Shown here one piece after another: positions 39,897 through 53,882 of a stretch of DNA of 64,000 nt (position 1 is its first letter; each line of letters opens with the position of its first letter). A program made the position numbers and the translations under genes. The notes under the pieces are model-generated. The model did not search any database and was not told the DNA's origin. It saw only the letters and a program-made list of their open reading frames with translations. Source of the stretch: Paragordius varius (Eukaryota > Animalia > Nematomorpha); NCBI GenBank assembly GCA_964247055.1, contig OZ176053.1, forward strand, positions 1,302,001 to 1,366,000. The letters are read 5' to 3'.

Positions 39897-41470
39897 CAAA
39901 GAGTTTTTGCGTTTGAAAAAGGGTTTTTGCGGTTTTAAGAGTTTTTGCGTTTCAAAAAGGGTTTTTGAGGTTTTAGGAGTTTTTGCGGTTTTAAAAGAGT
40001 TTTTGCGGTTTTAAAAGAGTTTTTGCGGTTTTAAAAGAGTTTTTGCGGTTTTAAAAAAGTTTTTGCGGTTTTAAAAGAGTTTTTGCGGATCAAAAAGAAT
40101 TCTTACGGTTCAAAAAGAATTCTTACGGTTTAAAAGGAGTTTTTACGGTTTAAAAGGAGTTTTTAGGGTTTAAAAAGAGTTTTTAGGGTTTAAAAGAGTT
40201 TTTACTGTTTAAAAAGAGTTTTTACTGTTTAAAAAGAGTTTTTACTGTTTAAAAAGAGTTTTTACTGTTTAAAAAGAGTTTTTACTGTTTAAAAAGAGTT
40301 TTTACTGTTTAAAAGGATTTTTACGGTTTAAAAGGATTTTTACGGTTTAAAAAGAGTTCTTACGGTTTAAAAAGAGTTCTTACGGTTTAAAAAGAGTTTT
40401 TCCGGTTTTAAAGAAGTTTTTGCGGTTTTAAAGAAGTTTTGGCGGTTTTAAAGAAGTTTTTGCGGTTTTAAAAGAGTTTTTGCGGTTTTAAAAAAGTTTT
40501 TGCGGTTTTAAAAGAGTTTTTGCGGTTTTAAAAGAGTTTTTGCGGATCAAAAAGAATTCTTACGGTTCAAAAAGAATTCTTACGGTTTAAAAGGAGTTTT
40601 TACGGTTTAAAAGGAGTTTTTAGGGTTTAAAAAGAGTTTTTAGGGTTTAAAAGAGTTTTTAGGGTTTAAAAGAGTTTTTACTGTTTAAAAAGAGTTTTTA
40701 CTGTTTAAAAGGATTTTTACGGTTTAAAAGGATTTTTACGGTTTAAAAGGATTTTTACGGTTTAAAAGGATTCTTACGGTTCAAAAAGAATTCTTACGGT
40801 TTAAAAAGAGTTCTTACGGTTTAAAAAGAGTTTTTCCGGTTTAAAAAGAGTTTTTCCGGTTTTAATAAAGTTTTTGCGGTTTTAAAAGAGTTTTTGCGGT
40901 TTTAAAAGAGTTTTTACGGTTTTAAAAAAGTTTTTACTGTTTTAAAAAAGTTTTTACGGTTTTAAAACAGTTTTTACGGTTAGAGTTTTTGCGGTTTTAA
41001 AAGAGTTACGGTTTAAAAAGAGTTTTTGCGGTTTTAAAACAGTTTTTACGGTTTTAAAAGAGTTTTTACGCTTTCAAAAAAAATTTTAAGAGTTCAAAAA
41101 GAGTTTTTAGAGTTCAAAAAGAGTTTTTAGAGTTCAAAAAGAGTTTTAAGAGTTCAAAAAGAGTTTTTAGAGTTCAAAAAGAGTTTTTAGAGTTTTTTTA
41201 CGGTTTTAAAAGAGTTTTTTTACGGTTTTAAAAGAGTTTTTGCGGTTTTAAAAGAGTTTTTGCGGTTTTAAAACAGATTTTAGGGTTTTAAAGTTTTTAC
41301 GGTTTATTAGGGTTTTAAAACAATTTTTAGGGTTTTAAAACAGTTTTTACGCTTTCAAAAAAAATTTTTAAGAGTTCAAAAAGAGTATTTAGAGTTAAGA
41401 GTTTTTGCAGTTTTAAAAGAGTTTTTACGGTTTAAAAAGAGTTTTTACGGTTTTAAAATTTTCGGTTTTA
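39897..41470 (+). repeat. 19-21-bp minisatellite, unit-2 copy, expanded, with a ~460-bp higher-order duplication
   Basis: The block 'gagtttttgcggatcaaaaagaattcttacggttcaaaaag...' occurs at ~40078 and ~40538. Confidence 0.9.
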
Positions 41471-44400
41471 ATTTAGACAGTTAGGAATTTTAGCAAAAAT
41501 TTTAGCAGTTTTTAGATAATTTTAGCAATTAAAAATTTTAGAGGTTTTTAGATAATTTTATGCGTTTAAAAAAAATTTATAGATTTTTGAATGATCTTAG
41601 AAGTGTTAAAAGATTTTGTGAGGTTTTAATAGAATTTAAGCAGTTTTTAAAAAATTCAACCAGTAATTTTGGCACTTTTTTAGAAAATTTTAGCAATTTC
41701 TAAATAATTCAAACAGTTTTTAATAGTTTTAAGCGTTTAAAAAAAAATTTGAAGTTTTAAAAGAATTTAAGAGGTTTTTAAATAATCTTAGAAGCAGTTT
41801 AAAAATTTTAATAAATTTTAGACTTTTTAAATAATTTTACAAGTGTTAAAAAAATTTTTTGAGGTTTTAAAAGAATTTAAGCAGTTTTTAAAGAGTTTGA
41901 GTTTTTAGAGAATTTTAGCAGCTTTTTAGATAATTTTAATAGTTTTCAAATAATATTAGCAGTTTTTGATAATTTTAAGCGTTTAAAAGAATTTTTGAGG
42001 TTTTAAAAGAATTTTAGAGTTTTTAACTAATCTTAGTAGCAGTTTATATAATTTGTGCGTTTTTAGATATTTTAATAAGTGTTAAAAAAAATTTTGAGGT
42101 TTTAATCGTTAGCTGATTTTAAAAAATTTTGATAGTTTTTAGAGAGTTATCCCGTTTTTAAAGAATTATAGCAGTTTTTAAAATATTTTTTATATAATAT
42201 TGGCCTTTTTAAAGAATATTAAAATTTTTTACCTCTTTTAGAAACTTTCTAATAATTTTACATTTTAAATATAAAAAAACTGCGCTTTTTTTACGAAACA
42301 TACCGCTTTTTAAGTATTCACAAGAAATATTAGCCCAATAAAACTTTAAGAAATTTTACTCTTTTTAAGTGAGCGCTTTAAAAATTTTAAGAAACATACC
42401 GCTTTTTTAATATATCACAAGAAATATTAGCGCTATAAACCATTAAGAAGTTTTAATGTTTTCTCAATACCGCTTTTTATTATTTTTTATTGAAAAATTT
42501 TAGTAAATTTTTAAGGTTTTTAGAACTTTAAATGCGTGTTTAAATACTATATTTTACAATGTGAAATATTTAGGAATCAAAAAACGAATTTTGCAAATTG
42601 GTGATATTTTAGATATAAAAATTCATCTCATATATTTGAATGTAAACATATTTTATACACACTTATTCCATATTTAGTTAAAAATATTTTATATTTAAAC
42701 AACTAATTAAATAAGTAATAAATTTATTTTATTCAACACGCATGCACCATAATTAAAAAATATAAACAAGTTATTCAAGAACAGGAGACCAACATTGTAG
42801 CAATTATAATTTAATAAATAGACATTTATTTAATTCTTTATTAGAATATCTGCATTGAATTGATAATATTTGCCAGGTTTTTATTAAATTTTAACATAAA
42901 GAAATTATACGAATTAATAATATGTGCTAGCTTTTTATTAAATTTTAACGTAAAAAATTATACGACTCAAACTAAATAGAAACATATGTTAAACTTTTTG
43001 TGTTGATTTCCTTTGACAGAAAAATAAATATTCAAGATCAAGAGAGCCATTAATAATTTGTAACAATATATAATTTAAACATTTATTTAATTTTATTAGT
43101 GCATTAAATTACTAATATTTGCCAGGTGTTTATTAAATTTTAACATAAAGAAAATATACGACAAACTAAATTGTAACATATGTTAAACTTTTTGTGCTGA
43201 TTTCCTTTAACAAAAAAATAAATATTCAAGAACAAGATGCCTATTCATACTTTCTAGCAATATATAATGTAATAGACATTTATTTGATTCTAATTAGAAT
43301 ATTTGCATTGAATTGAAAAATATTTGCTAGCTTTTTATCAAATTTAACATAAAAATAATTATACGACTCAAACTAAATAGAAACATATGTTGAACTTTTT
43401 GTGTTGATTTCCTTTAAAAATGTAAAATTTAACTAGACGAAAAAGGTTAGAAATACAACATTAAATAAGCCATTTATTCCAAAATATTATTAATTCTAGG
43501 GTTCAAAATTTACAAGAGGTAAAATTATCGGCCAAAAGCAAGAAAAGATCAAAAAAATCTTGCATTAACTTTAAAATCCAATCAATAATAGTGCTTTCTA
43601 CTGTGATTCAAACAGTACCTTAAAGCAATTATAACAATCTATGTTAATAGACAAAACATGCAAAACTTACCATTGATTAGGTTAAATTGTTATAGTTTTG
43701 CATTTCGGTTGCTCCTCAACATGTAATTCACAAATCATTGTTCATTGTTTACGATATCGGTTTAAGGTAAAACTATAAATTAAAAATTTTTTTTACCTTA
43801 AATGGGTAGATATATTATTGGTTATCCTTTGGATTTCCAGGATTTAATAGTGTGTCTTTATTGAACATTTGTTTCGTCTAAATAATTAATTAAATTTAAT
43901 ATAATTACCATAATAAAATAATCCATGTTAGCAACAATACATTGTGCATAGTCGGGATAAAAGATATAGGAAGAGGAGTTAAAATCATTCTATCCATAAA
44001 ATGTAATTTACAAAAAAAATTTAAATTAATAAAATAAATATATTTTTTATCGTTTATATAGGGGGGAAAGCACACGTGTGTGTGCTCACCCAATCAAATT
44101 AATGTGCGCATTGCGCCTTTTCTCTCCCCTTCTAGAAAAATAGTGCACACGTATTTATTCCCTCTCTTATTTGTTTACTAATATGTTGCGCAACATTTTA
44201 CCTCCCATGAACGCGCACGTGCTATTTTTTACTTCTTATTTAGCATGATGCAATAATATAATGGAAAAAAATAAATAAAATTAATTAATCAAGTAAGTAA
44301 ATAATTTGAAAATATTTTAAAATCCAAATATATATCTATATTTTAGGTTATGTTTGATTAAATATTCCTAATATTTATTAATGATATATTAGTTAATTAG

Positions 44401-45183
44401 TACTTAATATGTTGAGCTTTAAATCATAAAAATAATTTAGAAAAACATAATTATTCCTAATTCTATATATATTTATCTAATCTTTATATTTATAAATGTG
44501 TGTAAATTTCATTGGTAGTATATGTCATATACGGGATTAATTAAGTTAACCACAATCTAATTAGTTTTATTTGAATTAAATATTATAAAAATTATATATA
44601 AATATATATAAAAGTTTGCCTTTTAACCTGCACAAATTATTGTGGATTAATTGAAAATTATATATGATTTATCAGGCTATTATTTCATTTCAATTTGGTT
44701 TTATAAGGATTAAAAACTGTCTAGGGAAACTAGTTATAATAGCACAAAATAAGTTATACATATTAATATTGTTTTAATATTATAAGCCAAAGGTTGACAT
44801 TTTTCTCATTATAAATGATTTAATCAAATATTGTAGCAGCATATAATTAAGTTAAATATCTTTTAATACTATATTGTTTAGTAATCCAATTAATCAGATA
44901 TTACTCAATTTTATCAATTATTAATTAGGAATATGAAAGTCAAACTAACTCTGAAGTACTATCTAACTTTTTTCTTATGAAAAAGCTGGGTAGGAAAAAT
45001 GCAATGTTGTTGGGTTTTATTATTAACTCTGGCACGAATTAATATTAATTTCAGTAGTTTTCGAAAACAGCTAATTAATATTCTTATTTGGATATCTCTT
45101 TCAACTAGAGCATTCATTATTATACTTTAAAATTGCAAAACCAACACAAATGTTTTAATTACTTTAATACAGAATAAATTTTA

Positions 45184-45297
45184 GGGTTTTCGAGTTTGTG
45201 GGCTAGGGTTAGGGTGAGGGATTGGAGTTGGTTCTTTTTCTTAAAGAAGTCCGCAGGACTTCCTCGGGCTGCGAAGCAGGCCGAGACCCACGCATTT
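45184..45297 (+). repeat. G4/twin-hairpin element (intact GGGCTAGGGTTAGGGTGAGGG)
   Basis: Four G3 tracts with 3-nt loops, followed by GAAGTCC-GCA-GGACTTC and CTCGG-G-CTGC-GAA-GCAG-G-CCGAG. Confidence 0.9.
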
Positions 45298-45989
45298 ATT
45301 TTTGAAATATTTTTCTCTAAAAAATATATATTTACGAAACTTTATTTTATATTATCAATATGTGAAAAGATATTAATATTGGATAGATACTATAATAACT
45401 CTCGTCTAAAGTAAATGATACCTAAGTTAAAATTATTTTTTAACTAACAATTATAGATATGTGCTAGTTTCATTAAAGAAGATCAATGGATAAAAAATAT
45501 CTTAGCTGTAAATTATCCTATCCTTAACATTTAACAGGCATATTTATTTATTTTTTATCAGTTTTATATATGAATGTTATTCAGTAATATACTAAATTAA
45601 TTTTTTACTATCTACTTAATGTGTGATTAATGCTCAAAGATAATTATAATACTTATAAATTAGTATGTTTATTCCAAATTAGGCCTTTCTAACAATTTCT
45701 ACATTTATTGTTAAAGTAAAAACTTATTATAACTTAAACATATATATGGCATACTTTTATACTTTAAATTTAATAAATGGGCATATTTTAAAGTAAACAT
45801 CAAAAGTTATTAACAATTAAAATCTAAGATAATATCTATGTTAATAGACTATCAATTCAATGCTAATTTTAGATTTAAACAATCTAGTATTTAATTTTAT
45901 AGTGTTTATAACTAATATATCCCAATATTAAAAAATAAAAAGAACTTCGATGATATCGTAGAATTAAATGCAAGTTCTAAGTACTTTAA

Positions 45990-46093
45990 GGTTTTCGAGT
46001 TTGTGGGCTAGGGTTAGGGTGTGGAGTTGGTTCATTTTCTTAAAGAACTTCGCAGGACTTCCTCGGGCTGCGAAGCAGGCTAACACCCACACT
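45990..46093 (+). repeat. G4/twin-hairpin element, variant copy; degraded copy at ~46737-46835
   Basis: Counterpart of 22262-22364. Confidence 0.85.
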
Positions 46094-47739
46094 TTTTGTT
46101 AAATTTAAGATTGTTAATACAAAATTGCGCTGATAGATGAGCATTGGTTATTATTTTAGCGTGGTTATGTAATATGTAATAAATCCTATATTGATATTAT
46201 AAACTCTGATAAATTATATTTTATGTTAGAAATTATTGTTAGCTAAATTTCAGTATGTTACAGTTTTTTGTCATTGACTTTATATACCATCGCATCTAAA
46301 ATATATATTTAATAAAAGGATATAGTAAATGACCAATATACCAATTAAACCATTTATGATTTTAAATTGGAAAATACGTATAAATCAAATAAAGGTATAA
46401 TAAATTTAAACCCTTATTATATAAGTATATACCGATTAAAATGTAAAAAAAATTTATCAATTAATAATATACAATATCCTATATTTATTACCTTTTATTA
46501 TAATCAACCATAAAAATTTATTTTAATTTTCTTAAAACTCCTCTTTGCCAAAAACTAATATTACGATTCTACAATGTTTGATTATTTAACTTAATTAAAT
46601 ATATATAAATATACAGGAAATATACAAAAGTACAATAAGATCACCTATAAATTTGATTTTTATATAAATATTGCTCAATAAAATAAATTTAGCAATATAT
46701 AAATTGATAAAAAATTTATGAAAGTATAGTTAAAGATTTCGAGGGAGATGGTTGAGGCGTATGTTGAGAGATTAGAAATGGTTCGTTTTCTTAAGATGTC
46801 CGCACATTGCCTTATGGCACGCTTTCTGTCCACAAATTATTTCTAAAAATTTCAGTCTTGCTTTTATTTACAAAATCCTAAATATCTGGATTCCGGATCG
46901 AAAAGTGCTTAAGCTGGTATTATACAGTCGAAGATATAAAAAAGCAATCAATAACACAAATATATTTTTATATATATGTGCCTACGATTTTTGCCAAAAA
47001 AATATATATTTTTTTTAAGTATTGGCTCACAAATCAGGTTAAATATACCCAAATTATTAATTACTATGTTTATAGCCTTGGATTTAATTGTGCCCTTTAT
47101 CATAATGAGGTTATGCTAAATTAATTTTACAAAATTAATAAGGTGATAATATTTAAAATTAGAACACAATATGAAAAAATATACGCATGCTGAATTTTCC
47201 ATTTCTACTATATTTGGTTATTTAAAAAATATATACATTTTTAGTTTTAATCAAGAAGCGAAATACTCTAAACTGTTTTTTATTGACATAATCAACTATC
47301 ATACTCACTCACTTTGCCGATATAACTATGCTTTCGCTTAAATTAATTCAAAAAACATCCATATATTAACTTATTTCGTTTATATCAGGCGAAATCCACA
47401 CATGCATAAATTCAAAAATTTTCTATGCAAGCCACACTTCTTTTTGACAATCACCTTTTCTAGCTAAATTTTAAATTACATCTCATTGATCTATCAATAA
47501 TTCCTAAATATTAACGAACGAACATTTATATTTATGAAAAATTCCAATTTGTATAATGATAAGGAAAATAAAAGAAGATTGGTAATCATTATACCTATAT
47601 TTATAAAATTAAAAAAATAACTTTATGAACATATATAATAACTAATTCGTTTCTTCACAATGTTCAAATTTTTTCATTGCTTGTTTAAATTTTATTATGA
47701 ACTTACCGCAAAAGTATACTAATTATAATTTTTTGCTAG

Positions 47740-48020
47740 TATTAGTCCTGATTGATGTTAAGGATGTCGAAATTTATCCGGACAAAGTGGAAAAACCCAT
47801 ATTGGGTGAGGAAATGAACCGATCAGCTTATATAACACTTCACAATACTTATCCGATTGATGAATCAAACCAATTAAAGTATTGTTTATTAAATATTAAC
47901 AGTAAAAATCATAAAAACTTATATAAATTACAAAATAACTATGGTTTTGGTGGGAAAACCATATTTTTTGACCAGTTGCGCAATAAGAATTTTAAATTTA
48001 ACACACAACCCTCAATTTAA
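47740..48020 (+). pseudogene. Nup98/Nup96 autopeptidase domain-like fragment, copy 2
   Basis: Same sequence as 24016-24299 with a 3-nt difference. Confidence 0.6.
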
Positions 48021-48473
48021 CTCTGGTCAATTGTATGTATGTAAAAAAAAATTAAAAAATAAAACGAAAATATTACATTATTACTTTATACTATATATAT
48101 ATATATTAGTCGTTATCAATCACTATATCCAAAATTAACAGTGCCAGACTCAGTCTTTTCAGTAGATTCGACTGATTCAAATCCGCTCTTCTCATCTTTC
48201 CATCAAGACAGCAACGAAATTCAAGAAAATATTGATAATCGGGATTTGTCTTTTATATCGACAATTTATCTGGACACCTTCTGGTATATTATTATATATA
48301 AGGAATATTTTTACTTTACTGTGTAAATATTGGAGTTTTTTCAAATTTTCATTACTGGGGCTTCCCCAGTTAAAAAAGTTAGTCAATTTAGTTCAAACGA
48401 AAAATCGAATTTTGCACATATTAGAAAGATTTTGATGTTTAAAACCAAATTACTTTATTATTTTATATATATG

Positions 48474-48766
48474 CAATAAAAACTGAAATTATACGGACAA
48501 AATGTAAAAATATAAAGACAAATATTCTTTTCTAAAAGAAACCCATACTTTTTAAATCTTGACTTATTTCAATATAACTCATTGTTTTAATAAGGCAAAG
48601 TGTGAAACATATATATATTACTATCACAATCAATTGTATATTTTTTTACAATGGTAAAATAACTTATATGGGAAACATTAAGATTCTAATAAGTATAGTT
48701 GTTTTTAGATAACTATATTTGTCTTTATATTTTACCGTTTTGTCCGTAAAATATTAATTTTCACTG
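48474..48766. mobile_element. Tc1/mariner-type MITE (orthologous to 24731-25021)
   Basis: Same TIRs and position. Confidence 0.8.
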
Positions 48767-48964
48767 TAATATAAAATTGATCATTTTCATGTAACCAAGT
48801 TTATTTATTAAACTTAATTCTGTTAGGAGCTATGGTCAGCTTTTTCTAACTGCTCTTTAATTTTTTTTTTCCTCTAAAATAGAACAGAAATGATAAGCAG
48901 CCACAATTCTGTGCGTGACATGGAAAACGAATTGAAGATAAACGAAGATGATTCATGGGCCAAA

Positions 48965-51900
48965 TTACGCATCGTTTTGTACAAAATGTTGGTTGATCTT
49001 ATGCTTTACAATGATGTCCTAACCTATTTCCAATCTACATATCATATTTATTAATTTACGCGTTTATATTTGCAAGAAAATAAATATAATCTTGGGATTG
49101 ATTTGCACAAAAATGCGGTGTATATTAAGATGAAGAACCATTCAGCTGTGAAGTTATTTCTTGACCCTAAATAAGGAAAAAATGTAAATTATTTCCGTAA
49201 CATTGATTATATGAGCGAAAATATACCTGCAAATTTCGATGCTTCAAACTTTGAAATTGGATAGAATTGGTAAGAGACGGTGATTTGGTTCCTCCTTTAA
49301 ACATGTTCTGAATGCGATACACAAAAGTTTCTAGGACTTTCTTAAGGGGTGGAATGTGTTTGAGCAATGTTGAGTCCTTTTTCGTCTAATTTACAAAATA
49401 GCACAGGAATTAAATATACTGACCTCGCTAGAAGTACTTTAATAATTCGGAAAATTGACATGACAATGATATTTTATGTTAATTTTCAACGAACGATTCT
49501 TTGGTTTTATATAACGCTTACTTTACAATGTGTGATGACCATGTGCAAATATCGTGTAATCTCTTGCATTCCCTTTATTATGGCTTGGATTTGAGACCGT
49601 ATATCATCAGCCAACTCGCCAGAGTTCCCAAAACACTGAAGAATGTATTGTAATTCTGGCATCAACTTTATGTAAAAGTTTTCCACAAATTGGCGTCCAG
49701 TGCGGAGTGTATGTAATATGTAATGCTTATCGGGAAAGTGTTTACAAATGCGTATGAGTGTGAGAAATAATTTGCACAAAACTGCCGTTGATTGCAAAAA
49801 TGTTTGAGGATATTGCAATGTTTGAGCATTCAATTGAGATTCTGACTCCTCTGACCCTGCCTGGGGAGAAGCATGAGGATCATGGCCTGAAACTTTAGTT
49901 TTATGTCCATAGAGATTGACTAGATTCCGTGCCAGACCGATACATTCTTTCAATAGCACGTCAAAATAAACGGGAAAGAAGTGCCTGTTAACATAATATA
50001 ATTAGATAGAAATTATGCGATATTCAAAAAACAAACTTTCAGGGAACATTTATTTTGACAACTCAAAATTTAATATAAAAATATAAATGATTACGGAATC
50101 ATGGATGGATAGATGACAATATCTTGCGAACAAGTTGCATGTTTAGTAGTTTGAGAGATATTTTCTTTAATCGATGATTTATTTAACATATCTTGCATTT
50201 GAATATTGATTAATTCATCAAGCACTTCCAGGGGTTCATTCGTAACAAATTTTAACCTAAATATATAAATCATCTCAAAAATATTGGAAAATTTCATTGT
50301 ATGAATAAACTGAGGAGCTTTCGGATATTCAAAAAATAAAAAATATAAACTAGTCCATTGCCGAAAGAACTGACCGAATCTGAAGATGCTCTTTCAAATT
50401 CAGCTCAGCCATTCACCTTTATATAAAAAAATCATATCATAAACACCGGGTTTGTGGTGATATAAATATAGATATAATAAAAGATTACATATATTGTTTG
50501 AATAAACTCTCAGAATAATTAATGCCAAAATATTAAAGGTTGAAAGCATCAAATCATACAATATAAATTTTTAACGATCTTTTAGCTTGTAATCTATGTG
50601 CACATGGTTCTGGTACCCTTTTGAATAGCGTTGAACCAAATAGCCATGTATGGATATATATGTACGATAAAATAAGATTTACTTTAAAAGTTTAACCAAC
50701 GAAGCTTCAAACATCGGTTTCGATCCGGTCGGAAAATAAAATTTTACGTAATTTTTTGTGTCTTCAAATTGTTCATTAACTTGTTCGGCAGAGTTGATTA
50801 ATTGGGTAGAATTTCCCTTTCTTAAATAATTTTGCTGCAAACTCACGTTTATAAGTGTGGAAATTGATTGTGTTGTTAAGTTTGGGTTTTCCCGATGATC
50901 TTTATAATAACAAATTAATTATGATAAAAACAACAATATAGACAGTAATTAACTTACTACCTGATAGCTCAAACAAATCATAGAGAAAAGTGAGCACACA
51001 TTCAGAAAATATGAGAGATTTTGAATTTTGGATCAAATTGCCAAAGAATTTGTATGTCACTTCTCGCCTGAATATATATACAGTAAAAACTGAAATTATA
51101 CGGACAAAACGTAAAAATTTAAAGACAAATATTTTTTTTCAAAAAAAACAACCATATACTTTTATAATCCTTAATTTTTGCTATATAAAATATTTAATTA
51201 CAATCCTAAACTACATTATTGATTGTGCTACCAATTTACATTTCCATCTTATATATTTTGCAGTTTAGAACAATCACACTTATATTTATTAAAATTAAGA
51301 TTCAAAAAAATATGGTTGTTTTTATATTTTTACGTTTTGTCCGTATAGTATTAATTTACTGTATATATGCACATACTTGTTCATAGAGATATCGAGTTGA
51401 GATTCATCAATACTTTTAATGCCATTCCATAAACTTTCCAATATTGATGTGTTTTCTTCAGTTAACGATAAGTGCTTGTTAATAAGTGCCATACATTTCA
51501 CAATGTTGAGATTAATGTTGTAAGTAATGATAGATTCTTCCTAATTATAAATTATCAAAATATTAAGATAACTAACTCTTGCAAAGACCCTTCAGCAAAA
51601 TTAAAATTTATCAAATAAATGGAAAATTTTTATTTTTAGTATTAGTTTTGGCTTGCAAATTAAAAAACAACTGTTTTGCAAAAAAAATTATTTTTTATAA
51701 AAGATTATACAATTGGAAAAGCGAAATTCACTAATATATATTCCATTGTTGTAATTTAAAAATAAATCCAAATTTAATTGTTAAATAATAACTTTGTTAT
51801 CCATTATTAAAAAATTCATTTTTCCTATTCAGAATTATATAATCATGGAAACCTCTGTCATTTCCGCCACCATAGATTTCTGCAATCGCCCAATAAAATT

Positions 51901-53846
51901 GGCGCAAACATTCTCCTTTGACCATTGACTTAATAGGGTTTTGCATTTTGATTGGTGGGATTCTTTGGATGAGTTTTGTATTAATTTGAGTTTTTTCTGT
52001 TCTTGACTAAGGAAAAGATTTCCCTTTGTGGCAATGCTGGGCAATGTCATTTCCAACATATGGAGATATTCATTCAAGAGATAATCGTAATGCTTACAAT
52101 CCAAGTCCTAACATAAATTTATGTTAAACTAAAACTTTAAAAGAGTTAAATAAATAAAATATCAATCGTACCAGATCTGTTGAAAATAGTTCCTTAAACA
52201 CAAAAATTTCGAAAGGGCGACTTAGTTTTCGCAAACTTTTTCGAAGTTGTTCTTTGGCAAGATTATGATTCGCGCCCTTTTTATCCAAAGAACTATCATG
52301 GTTCATTCTGCGTTATGAAAAAATTTTAAAAGTAAATGTATATTACAGGGTTTATGTCAAAAGTTAATACTTTCTCAATTTATTGTTTATTTTTTTGGAC
52401 TTTAATTGTTTTTTTCGTTTGGATTCTTTCGTATTTTCTGCATCTTTCTCATGGGTTGTAGGATTAGCATCAATTAGGTGCAAATAATTTGTAATGTTTA
52501 ATAAGGGATTATTCTCGCCGTTATTTTCCTTCTCTATGGTGTGTGAATGCAAAGGAAACAGTATATAAAGTTTTAAACGCGTAAAAAATAAATGAAATTA
52601 CTTGAGTTTACATATTTTCCTGAGATTAACCGTTGACTACTTTGTTCGCATTCTAATAATTGGAGATAATCACTAAAAGTGTGAAACAACCCATTTTTAA
52701 TACCATGATTGTTGTGATTAAGATTGTTAGTTAACGATAATTTTTTATGCGGAGAAGGCAAAGTTATGCTGTTAAGAATTTCACAATGAACTTTTTCCAA
52801 CGAATAAAAGGTAGGATAGAGTTCAAGTTGATCTGAATATTCTTACAAAAGAAATTATAGAAATATGAATCAAACTTTACAGTAAAAACTGAAATTATAC
52901 GGAGAAAACTTAAAAATATAAAGACAAATATTTCATTACTAAAAGACAACCATACTTTATATAACTTAATTTTTCTGAATATAACGTCTTGTTTCAAACT
53001 ATAAGTATGAAATAGAGATGTTTATTGGTAACACAATTTATTATATAATTTACAGTTTAAAACAACCATAGAATATTTAAATAGTTCAAGATTTAAAAAG
53101 CATGGTTGTCTTTTAGAAAAAAATGTTTGTCTTTATATTTTTACGTTTTGTCCGTATAATTTCAATTTTTACGGTATTTAGTAAATACCACTACACAATC
53201 TACCATTTAAATCTATGAATGTGGTAAAATATATTTGAATAAACTACCAATAGTTATATCCAAAAAATTAACCAAATCTAGGAAAGATTGAAATTATCTT
53301 AATCTTTGCTGCAAATATTTCCGTAAAATATAGTACTTTGAAGAGCATTTATGATGTATTCTTCGATTTCCATTAGAGTACCTAATCTTTCAATCAAAAC
53401 TTGCTTGAGCTTTAAGTGTATGGATAAATGACAACAACCATTAATAATCTAACGTTAAAGAAAGTGTAAAAAACCTCTCGATACCAATCGGAAGCGATTT
53501 GCAAGAAACTCAAACAACATTGAATTCCTTCTAAATTATTTTTTGTTCCCGTTCTATTTTCAATGCCAGCTTGTGAAATAATGTCAAAAGTTGTTCCCTC
53601 CTCGTCACACAGTGTGGGTCCAACTTTATAGGACAAATTACAATAATTAAATAAATTAGAAAGCGTTAAAAAGATATAAATACCCACCATCATTCAATGT
53701 TTGCTCTTGAGATATTATTTCAAAAATATGTTGTAATTCAGTATCAACAGTTGATTTAAAAGACACCCCTAAGCCTAAAAAGGGTAATATTACATCCAGT
53801 CGATTTGCCTTCAATGCTAAAAACAAAAAAACAAACGAATGAAACA

Positions 53847-53882
<36 letters not shown>

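Noticed and set aside
45184-45297. tRNA gene or telomerase RNA call for the G4/hairpin element
   Set aside because: No cloverleaf and the B-box is incomplete (GGTTC followed by a T-run). The CCCTAACCCTA stretch alone is insufficient for telomerase RNA. Both are kept only as hypotheses.
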